Shown here: positions 36,429-46,434 of the stretch, in pieces
Layout: each line of letters opens with the position of its first letter
How positions within the stretch are numbered: position 1 is the first letter of the stretch
Assembly (NCBI RefSeq): GCF_000143415.4
Contig: NW_003314271.1
Coordinates: forward strand, 1,591,769 to 1,655,768
From: Selaginella moellendorffii
Taxonomy: Eukaryota > Plantae > Lycopodiophyta
DNA: 64,000 bases
Direction of reading: 5' to 3'
Translations under genes and position numbers: made by a program
Notes under the pieces: model-generated
The model's input: only the letters and a program-made list of their open reading frames with translations
The model's database searches: none
Told to the model about the DNA's origin: nothing

Positions 36429-36629
36429 TTAAAACAGTATTTGGTTAGAAACAAATTCTCTTATGCTTTACTAAAAAGAAAATAAGTATTTTTTATCTTG
36501 CACAAGCATTTCTACCACCTCCAAGAGTTGGCTATGGAATAAATTCTTCTTGCAAAGTTTCCTTGTTTGTAAAAGCGCCTTCTTAGCGAGCCAAGTCTGA
36601 GATACAGATTTATACTCCTGAATTTGCAC

Positions 36630-37300
36630 TGCTGCTCATGAGGAGGGACGAAGCCTGTGCAGCAGGTCTCTCCAGCAGGTCTCTCCAGCTGAGGGAACGC
36701 CACATGGCACCCTCGAGAATCTTCATCACAACTGGTCGCTGCAAGGGATCCTCCTCATCATAGCCCGATCCGGACGGTACTCGAAAGCCACTCAGAAAGA
36801 AACCATCCTCGGCTTTGAGCAGTTGGTCGTAGACTACGGAGTTTCCATTGTGGAGCTTGTTGAAAGCGGTCTTCCATCTGCGAGTCCGAGTCCAAGGAAC
36901 ACTCCACGGCCTTTATGCTGCAAACACCAGGAGGACGATTCCAAAGCTATAGCATCGTGGAGTGCCGCTTGTCGCGAATCCCAGCACACTTCAGGTTGGA
37001 ACCAAAGATTCCACCATACCCCACGGGTTTTGGAACACGTCGGTCTCGTCCGTGACACGAGAATGGAGCCACTCGGAGCCATGTATCCCACCGTCACAAC
37101 GTGAGTCTTGTCCTTGTCGATGAGCTTCGAGAATCCAAAGTCGGCGGGCGCCCATGTGGTGCCCATCTTCTTATCCAGCAGGACGTTCTGGGGCTTGATG
37201 TCTAGATGGAGTTGGCATCCTTCGTGAAGATATGTGAGCCAACGTCGAGCGCGATGAAGAGCCTGGATTCCCAAGCCAGGCACTTGTCCTTAGCGAATCC
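36630..37300 (-). pseudogene. Decayed kinase half of a type A RLK
   Basis: [46 protein letters not shown]; nucleotide similarity to 39850-40470 with many deletions and frameshifts. Confidence 0.88.
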
Positions 37301-38019
37301 AGCGAGTACTTCCAATAGAGCACACCCTTTCAAAAAGGTCTTTAAAATTTTATTATGCAGCTTAAATGACTTTGCTAATCAAATTTTAAACACTCTTCTT
37401 CCTTTTCTCCAGTTGTTGTGCTTAAATCGATTGATGCTCCTTTAGTTGCTACCATTCTCGCTATTGTTGCTCTTAATGCTGCCTTGTTATTTACATTTCT
37501 GCTTTTTCATACTAAACTCTTTTCTTTTCCCTTTAGACTCCATTTCAAAACCTTTAAACCCTATTTGTGAAATATTTTGTAAGTCAATAAAAACTTTCAA
37601 GGCTTTGAACTCAGTCGTAATGTATAACAGTTTTAATTGAAGTAAAAAAATTTGATTTAACAATCACTCACTTCCATAGCATTATGAAAGATATATTCTT
37701 CTTCTTTATCACTTTGGGCCATCACTTTAGCGGGAGAGGGGGGTTCTGAGAGCTCAATCTTTCTGTAGGTGAGGGGAATCTGCCCATCAAGAAGGCTACA
37801 TAGATCTCTTCCTTAATAAATTTTTTATCAAGCCCCCACCCACCCCAAAATTCCTACTGCTCACGACATAGAAGAAGACTGTGTTCATCTCTCTACCCCT
37901 CTTTTTCTCTTTCTAGTTCCTTCTAACCTTAAGAAGGATGGGATTTGTTGTGACACTTTATCATTGTGTTGCTCTTCCTCCTCTTCTTTATCCCCATACT
38001 GGCACTAGAATGTTGTATG

Positions 38020-38876
38020 TAGTCGACAAGCATGAAACCGCAGGGAAAATGGATTTAGCAAGCTCGAGCTAAAGCCAGACCACAAGAAGAGACCACTCTG
38101 GGTTGGACCTGATGGCCATATCTTTCTCAAGACGTTTTCTCCGCTACACAAGCAAGCATACGGCTTTCTCATTGTGACTGCCGAGCCTGTGTGTTAGTAA
38201 GCTTCAGGTCTTGCTGATATGGAGAAGTTTTTACACTCAAGTATTTTCTTTGAAACGTTGTTCCAGGCCAGAACATATGCATGAGTACAATCTCACACCA
38301 CATCCTTTGTATCCGGCTGTCTCCGTTGGTCTTGAGACTCAGATAGTCATTACGGTGATGGAATGGCTGTCGAAAGCAAGGCTCCTGCAGAAGATTGTGA
38401 ATTTCATCAAAGAGTCGACTCTGAACTATGGCAAAGTAAAACTAGTTCTGAAAAAGAATCGTTATTTTGTAGAATCTTCTTATCCAGAGGTATGGTGCAA
38501 CTTTGATTGGTGAAACTTACTCTCTGTCATGCAGATTCTGGAGAGGGTTTTAAAGGATAATGTCATCTCTCGAGCCAGAATTTTATGGGAGGCATTTGAA
38601 AGTTTTTCTTTCAAATCCTGTCTAGCTTTCTCACTGCAAAATCTTCTAGGCAAGTGCAGAGCACGGTTTTATGATCAACAAGTCATTGTCCAATAGAACA
38701 AGACTTGCTTGCCGGGGATGAAGTCACTGCTGAGGATGTGATGTGTTTTGAAGTAACTATTCATGTATTGGTTAAGTACACATGAACTTTTCAGGTAGAA
38801 CATGTGAAGCAGAGGTGCCTGCCAAGTGCTTTAAACTATCTGATGTTTGAGGAATGCGACTTTAGAAATGATTCGG
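38020..38876 (+). pseudogene. 5' fragment of a TFIIH helicase XPB gene, introns retained
   Basis: [15 protein letters not shown]...[65 protein letters not shown] and VEHVKQRCLPSALNY..FRNDS; in-frame stop at ~38195; no helicase core follows. Confidence 0.85.
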
Positions 38877-39820
38877 TAATTTCATAATATTTGTTACCTT
38901 TTTCCTAAGCATTGAATTGAGTAGTGCCTCCAGAGCCATGTGAAAAAGAGCGGAAGATAGGTGATTTTTAGCCATGAATTTGAATGCAGCACTGCTGGCT
39001 GTAGAATTCTTCCATGACCTAGCTTTTACAGGAGCCATGCTTGCCGTGGACGCGGAAAGAACTAGCATACCTGCGAGCCCGCCCGCGCGACAGCGCGCTG
39101 AGAATCCCGTCCGCCATCCTTGGCGCCCGAGTCCAAACCCAAACAAGACAACACTACTCAAAACACACTCAGCCAATATTCTTCCTCAATAGTCTAGGAT
39201 CCACTTTCTCTTCTGATAAAGGTTGTTTGTCATTATTGTTTTTTGTGTTTTATATATAAATGAAAGTTAGATAGATAAATAACTGTTGGGGACCACAAAG
39301 GTATCTCCTGCACAAATATGCTCCGGTCAATACATTTATTTTGGAGCCGAGGTAATAGATTGCGTCTGATAGCATGTGATTTCCCAGCTTGTGGGAGGTG
39401 AATTAAATAGTCATTCCTAGCGAGCCAAGTCCGAGACTAAGGCTGCTGCTCACCAGGAGTGATAGAAAACCATTCAGCACCAAATGGTTTTCACACAAAA
39501 CCAAGCATGGGCGGATACAAGCTCCTCCGGCATCACCATTGCGTGCAATAGCAGCACTGCATTCAATTCACGGCTAAAAGTCACCAATCTCCTGTGCTCT
39601 TTTTCGCTTGCATGGTTCTGGGATTCTCAGTATGGATTTGGCCAGCCGAATGGTTTTTAGATTGAAATCCATGGAGCTTGGTTGCATGTAATAGTGGATA
39701 AACACAATGAGTGTTTTGATACTTATACAGCTATATAAAATGGTATATTTGTCAATTTTGCAAAAAATAGTGAACATCAAACCTTTTGATTTCTCATTGA
39801 AAATATATGTAAACGAAAGT

Positions 39821-41587
39821 TTATCCCTCGCTACTGCTCACCAGGAGCGACGAATCCTGTGCACCGGTTCTCTCCAGCTGAGGCAACGCCAACACATCCA
39901 TGGCACCCTCGAGCATCTTCACCACCACAGACATCGTTGGTCGCTGCAAGGGATCCTCCTGCGCACACCATAGCCCGATCCGAACGATGTTCTCGAAGCC
40001 ACTCAAGGAGAAACCACCACCGTCCTCGGCTTTGACCAGCCGATCGTCCACCAAGTCCATGGCATTTCCACTGTGGAGCTTGTTAAAAGCAGTCTGGGTG
40101 AGGAACGCGACGTCCATCTGCGAGTCCGAGTCCAAGGAACACTCCACGGCCTTTATGCTGCAAACAAGCTCCAGGAGGACGATTCCAAAGCTATAGACGT
40201 CCGTCTTGTCCGTGACACGAGAGTGGAGCCACTCGGGAGCCATGTATCCCACCGTGCCCCTCACGACGGTCACTACGTGAGTCTTCTCCTTGTCGATGAG
40301 CTTGGAGAATCCAAAATCGGCGATCTTGGCCCCCATCTTCTCGTCCAAGAGGATGTTCTGGGGCTTGATGTCTAGATGGAGTACCTTCTCGCGGCATCCT
40401 TCGTGGAGATATGTGAGCCCCCGGGCAACGTCGAGCGCGATGGAGAGCCTGGATCCCCAGGACAGGCATTTCTCCTTGGCAAAAATCCATCCATCTAGCG
40501 AGCCATTCGGGAGGAACTCGTAGACGAGCAAGTTGTGTGGAGAATGCAGGCAAAATCCAACCATCTTGACGAGATTGAGGTGATGGATGCTGCCAATCGA
40601 CATCACCTCCGCCTTGAATTGCTTGTCTCTCTGCCGCACTCCACCTCCGATCCTCTTGACTGCCACAATCTCCCCGCCCGGCAACGTTCCCTTGAACACA
40701 CTCGCAAATCCTCCCTGTCCCACCTTGCTCTGGAATCCCCTGGTCGCTCGATACACCTCCTGGTACCTGAATTGCCGCGGCAAATCCGCGAGATTGCCGA
40801 GATCGAGCGGCCGTTCCCTGACGGCAGCATTGGAAGATCGTCGCAAGAACTTCCACCACACTAGCCCTATGAGCGCCAGGACGACGATCGCTCCACTGGA
40901 AACCACGGGAATGATGATATTGCGATCTCTCGCGTTGGAATCCTCGCCCTTCCAGCTCCAAGTGACCGCCAACACATTATCAAAGTAGGTCTGCCCCAGC
41001 GCTTCCCACACGGCTCTCGTCCCTCCCAGCGATCTGGGTGAGCACGGCACATAGAATCCAGTGTCTGCGGTACACCCGATCATCGAGTTGCATTCTCCCG
41101 CGACCGTCGCCGTCACGCTCAGCCCATTCTCCGCGGTGATTACAATCTCTTTGAAGCACGACGATCCATTGGCAAACCATCCGGTCGCCATGTTTGCCAG
41201 GAGCTCCGAGTTCTTGTAAGGCCTGGATCGATTGCATGCCGTGGGGATTCCCTCCAGCTCGATGAAGTATAAAGCCGCGAAGTTGAGAGGCTGCTCTCTG
41301 GGCGAGCAATTGAAGAACTGGTAGGTGTTGTTCCCGACGCAATACTCGGGATCGTGGGCGGTGGTATTCGAGTAGACGAAGGTCTGGGCGGGCTTGCAGC
41401 CTGAAATTGGGCAGGAAAGGGTGCTCGCTGATGGATCGCCATCGCAGGTCTTGCTAACAGGATTGCAAACGAGCCCGCCAGAACACCCGGAATCGCATCT
41501 CCTGCCGCAAGAGGAGGAAAATTGCTGCGCGGTGGCGCTGGCGAGTGAAGAGATCAAGATCATCAAGAGAGTGCTGCCACGATCCAT
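39821..41587 (-). CDS. Receptor-like kinase type A2: kissper-like + kiwellin ectodomain + TM + non-RD kinase; intronless, 588 aa
   Basis: Close paralog of 31333-33171 with all domains intact and a shorter C-tail. Confidence 0.92.
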   Translation of the reverse strand: MDRGSTLLMILISSLASATAQQFSSSCGRRCDSGCSGGLVCNPVSKTCDGDPSASTLSCPISGCKPAQTFVYSNTTAHDPEYCVGNNTYQFFNCSPREQPLNFAALYFIELEGIPTACNRSRPYKNSELLANMATGWFANGSSCFKEIVITAENGLSVTATVAGECNSMIGCTADTGFYVPCSPRSLGGTRAVWEALGQTYFDNVLAVTWSWKGEDSNARDRNIIIPVVSSGAIVVLALIGLVWWKFLRRSSNAAVRERPLDLGNLADLPRQFRYQEVYRATRGFQSKVGQGGFASVFKGTLPGGEIVAVKRIGGGVRQRDKQFKAEVMSIGSIHHLNLVKMVGFCLHSPHNLLVYEFLPNGSLDGWIFAKEKCLSWGSRLSIALDVARGLTYLHEGCREKVLHLDIKPQNILLDEKMGAKIADFGFSKLIDKEKTHVVTVVRGTVGYMAPEWLHSRVTDKTDVYSFGIVLLELVCSIKAVECSLDSDSQMDVAFLTQTAFNKLHSGNAMDLVDDRLVKAEDGGGFSLSGFENIVRIGLWCAQEDPLQRPTMSVVVKMLEGAMDVLALPQLERTGAQDSSLLVSSSEG

Positions 41588-42554
41588 GGCTGGAATTGGA
41601 GATGCAAAACACCGGTGGTAAATTGGTTTAAAAGCTCTAGAAAAAGTTGACCTCGTGCATGCCGAGTTAGACTTTTCAAGATCGAACTCAGAAAGATTTT
41701 ATCTTTGAGAAATAAAAAATTAAGTTATGTGAGTTTATTAATCCAGTCAAAAACTATGTTGTCTTCAGGTCCCCCCTTCAAGCTGGCCCGATCCTTCCTT
41801 GATGGTTACAGTTGGTTGTTTCCACATTACACACACTCCCCGTCTTCATTCTCTACTTATATCACCATCGTCACAAGGACTTGCCCAAGATGGATTCCTT
41901 TGTTGACAAAGCATCCCTGCTTGGAAAATTACCAAGCCAAGAAATAACAGCATTGAAAGATCAGGATTGTAGCTTGAATTGAGATGTTGCCATGTTATTA
42001 AGCTTGTGAGTGCTCAGTACCAGGAGAGTCGACACTTCCATAACCATTAAAAATGTTCTAATCTGAATACATTATAGTCAAGTATCTTCAAGAATGGTAC
42101 CACCAAGAAGAAGAGTGTGAAGGCATATGCCAATATAAACACTTTGTATTATCACTCTGGTATTTTTGTATGTAGTGACATTTTTGTGGTCCCTTGAAAA
42201 ACTTCTTTAGAAGGACCCTAAGCGACAAAGCAGACGTAAGATGCCACGTGGCGGAGAGAGAGAAGAGAGAGAGAGAGAGAGTTGCAAGGGACCAACAATG
42301 CCGTCCTTTATGTCACAAGCTTCAACTTCTCAAATCCAGGCCGTGCACATCCTCACAATGGAATATGAAACCCATGGCAGCGAGATGGTATAGCCAAGAC
42401 CGAATCTTGTGCTCGACAAACATCCAAGTTTTAGCTCCAAACAGACGGATGCGGTGGTCAGAATGGTGGCTGACTGCTACTCCCCAGACGGGTGATCATT
42501 CGTTCACGGAGCCCTGTGCTCCAAATGCGAACGAGCAAGTGTGGAGGCAGCTTG

Positions 42555-42770
42555 TGTTAGGATGTGAATCCAATCAAAAAAGATGTGATCCATTAATGAG
42601 TGATTCACATGAGAAACAAGAGAGGAGAAAAGGCACAAGGCCTGGAAGAAGAAGAAGAGAACAACAAAACCTAGCCTCCCCCTTTGCGCCAGTCGGTCCA
42701 TATATGTTTCGTACAGATCCCCTGTCGTCCCGCATCCGTACTAGTTATGAGCCAAGAATAGCTCATAACA
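42555..42770 (-). repeat. 3' LTR (216 bp)
   Basis: Direct repeat of 46238-46434; preceded on the minus strand by the PPT ...agtggggggtaa. Confidence 0.95.
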
Positions 42771-45700
42771 TTACCCCCCACTTTGAAAAGCTCTATCCTC
42801 AGAGCTGGCTGGTAACACAGGATCCCACTAAAACAGGTGCACCAGACGATCGAACTCCTGTTGAGAAAGCCAGGTATCTGCATCCCCCCCAGTGTTCATC
42901 CAGCAAACCAGATAACGCTTAATCATCCATCAACGCAGCTGGCGAGTCTCCACATCAATCACCTTATTTGGCACAACCAGATGCTAGTCCCCCAACGATC
43001 GGACTGGAACTTCCACTGTCGGCAAGGGAGTAGGACCATAATGCAACTTGAGCTCGGAAACGTGGAACACATCATGGAGCTTGCACCCTTGCGGAAGAGC
43101 CAGCCGAAATGCCACCTCATTGATCCTTTCAACCACCTGAAAAGGACCGAAGTAGCGTTGAGTCAGCTTGGATCGAGAGCCCACTCGGCGGCCTAGAGTG
43201 TGAAGAACTTGATGTACACCAGGTCGCCAATAACGAATGTTCGAAAACTCCGATGCTTGTCAACTTGAAGCTTCATGGTTGCACAAGCTGCCTCCAACCT
43301 GCTATGAACTTGTTGATGCAACTCTCGAATGGTCTCCAGATGTCCAGAAACTGTCACCTCTGGGACCGGAAGTGCGGGAGCTGGCCAATGTAGGATTCGA
43401 CGCCCATAGAGAATCTCCAAAGGAGCAAACCTTGTAGCAGAATGACAGGCCGAATTATATGCGAATTCCGCATATGGGAGCCAGTGCAGCCATGATGTAG
43501 GATGATCCAGTGTGTATCCCCTGAGAAATACCTCTATTGTCTGGTTGGTTTGTTCTGCTTGCCCATCCGATTGGGGGTGATATGCTGAACTGAAGCTGAG
43601 CTTGGTCCCAAGAGCTGAAAAAAGGTGACGCCAGAATGAGCTGAGGAACTTCGGATCCCGGTCAGAAACAATCTCCCGAGGCAGGCCATGGAGACAAATC
43701 ACTTCTCGAGAAAATAACTCGGCTATCCTTGCTGCAGACACCGAAATTGTTGTAGGTAGAAACTGAGCTGTCTTGCTGAAACGGTCAACCACCACCATTA
43801 TCATGTCTTTTCTCTGGCAACGAGGTAGACCCCCCACAAAGTCCATTGAAATGCTAGTAAAGGGACCATCTGCAACTGGTAATGGCTAGAGAAGACCTGG
43901 AGAAGCCACTGTCTCTGTCTTTACCACCTGACATACTGGACATTCTCGAATCCACGCCTTCACTTCTCGCTGCATGCCTTTCCAAACAAAGCGAAGCTTG
44001 ATTGCTGCCAATGTTGCTGCCACCCCTGGATGTCCAGCGAGAATTCCCTGATGACACTCATGGAAAATTTCTTGCTGCAATGGATGCTTGTTGTTGAGAA
44101 ACACCCGTCCCTTTGACCAGAGAATGCCATCAATGAGGACCAGCTTGGGATGCTGCTCCCCATTCTGAAGCTGTTCTAGAATCTGTTGAAGGGCCACATC
44201 TTGCGCGTACCCCTCCCGAATTTGCTCTATGTACTCTGGTTGAAGGCAAGAAATCCCATAGAGAGCTGATTCCTCGGTGCATGCAAACTTCTGTGAGAGA
44301 GCATCTGGAAGCACATTGGAAGCACCTAGTCGATACTCGATAGTGAAGTCGAAGGCTTGAAGTTCTTCCACCCAACGCATCTGCTTCTTGTTGAGGTGGG
44401 GTTGAGTGAGCAAAAAGCTTCAGCTGTGATAAACTCCGCCAACCGCCGATTCACAAATGTGTGTGAAGCGCCAGAGTCAACCAGTCCGAATGCCACTCTG
44501 CCATTAATTGTTCCTTGCACCCGGAAACACTGCGGACCAGTCTTTCCAAAATATGCTGAGCAGGAGATAAATGCCTTGCCACCTGAACTGTCAGGGTCCT
44601 CCAAGCCCGGGCTGTTGTTCCCTGATTCCCAAACAAAGATCTCCTCACTCTCATCAACCATGTCCATGTCGACTGGAACAAATTCCCCAGAAGCAGCCTT
44701 GCGAAAATGTAGCATCGCCACCTTTGCCTTGGGAACTGTAGCACCCTTCTGAGATGGACAAAACAAATGGTGGCCTCGTGTCCATTTCTGCCCACAATCA
44801 AAGCATTTGCCTAGCTTCAAATCCTTTGAGCGTTTGGCCCGTTCCTGAGTGGATAAATCTCGCCAAGGCTTGCGTTCCTTATCACTGTTCACTGTCGGCA
44901 ACACTGTCGGCATAGGGGTCGGTGATGCAGCTGGGAAATCCTGACAATGAAGCCTGCTTATATAAGGACGACGCAATTGAGACTCCCATTCACGAAACCG
45001 CTGGTCTGCATTCAATGCTGCCACCATTGCCTAACGCACAGAAACTGGTTTGGTTTGAGCGACATCACCTGCCATTGATGAAGGCAGCGCTGCTACGTAA
45101 CGCTGGGCCAAAATCTCGTCTGAAACTCCCACTACCTCATATCTGGCCCATAACTATGCTGTATTGAATGCCTGGAGAGTTTGATGTTGCCAGTCATAGC
45201 GAAGGTCGCACAACTTGTTGAAGGGCAGCTCCAAAACTGGGGTCAAGATGAAAGTGTCTGTGATCAAGACTTTGAACTATTCCCAGTCTGGGAATATGCG
45301 AGCTCGTTCCAAGTTATGAAACCACTCAGATGCCAGATCCTTCAAGAAGATTGATGCAAAAGGGAACCTTATCCACCCCCTTGGTATCTCGCCACACAAA
45401 ACACCACTCCAGCTTGTGGAGCCAATCTTGAAGTCTTAGTTGATCATTTGAGCCATCGTACTCCAGTATATTGAGCTTCTCCCGATCCTGCCACCGTGAT
45501 CCCATCCCTGGACCCCTCCCGAGTATCCCCTTGGTCCCTCCTTCCGGAACTGGTGACTTCATCTTCTCCAGCAAGTCATCATACCAAGGTCGATCACCTG
45601 TTGGGGGTAATTCAGGGCTCGAATCTTGGAACCAATCTTCGTCAGAAAACCGGTGCACGATATCTTTCAAATTAGGGTCTCCTCGATCCTTGACCCTAGA

Positions 45701-46237
45701 CCCCATTTGTTCTTGCTTCTCTGCCAAAACCCACTGCTGCTCTCCCAACTCCTCTATCTTGCCACCCATAGTAGCCTGATTGTGCTCGATGATGGCCAAG
45801 GTACGCTGCAATTGTTGGAACCTCTCTAAGTCCTACTGATGATTCGTCACATAGCACTGCATGAAAGACTGCAACACCTCCCTCAACTCACCAACCAGCT
45901 CAGGCACTACCTGTGGAGAATTCACTAGATCGACCACCTCAACATTGCTGGATTCTCCATCGGCTGAAGGGGAAGATTTCACCTCTTTTCTTCCCTTGTT
46001 CCATGGTGGCATTGCTTCTTTCCGGTGCCTCACTCTTGCCCAAGCCCAGATCACCCACGACAGCCTAGGGTAAATGATCGCCGCCGCAATCACCTCCCGT
46101 CGGATACCCTGCTGAGACAGCTGTACCCTAGATTGGGCGAATGCCGTGGTGCTAAGGATGTGGACCAATCCTCTCTCCCACGATGCAATATCCCAAATGA
46201 TCTTTGCCAAGGTCCTGATCAATGCTCCAATACCAAA

Positions 46238-46434
46238 TGTTAGGATGTGAATCCAATCAAAAAAGATGTGATCTTAATGAGTGAAACAAGAGAGGAGAAA
46301 AGGCACAAGGCCAAGAAGAAGAGAACAACAAAACCTAGCCTCCCCCTTTGCGCCAGTCGGTCCATATATGTCTCGTACGGATCCCCCGTCGTCCCGCATC
46401 CGTACTAGTTATGAGCCAAGAATAGCTCATAACA
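46238..46434 (-). repeat. 5' LTR (197 bp)
   Basis: Differs from the other LTR by 3 transitions and indels of 2, 11 and 6 bp; followed on the minus strand by the PBS. Confidence 0.95.

Larger units (their letters stand above)
42555..46434 (-). mobile_element. Ty3/gypsy (chromovirus-like) LTR retrotransposon, non-autonomous (RT and most of RNase H deleted)
   Basis: ~200-bp LTRs (TGTTA...TAACA); PBS TGGTATTGGAGC at ~46224-46235 (tRNA-iMet-like); PPT next to the other LTR; Gag, Zn knuckle CFDCGQKWTRGHHLFC, protease LVDSGAS, RNaseH tail, integrase HHCC plus core (SDRDP, HPQSDGQAE), VFHVSELK and a degenerate chromodomain-like tail. Confidence 0.95.

Noticed and set aside
42194-42922. 242-aa ORF as a novel chimeric gene
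   Set aside because: Non-ATG start; chance read-through of the RLK relic into LTR sequence.
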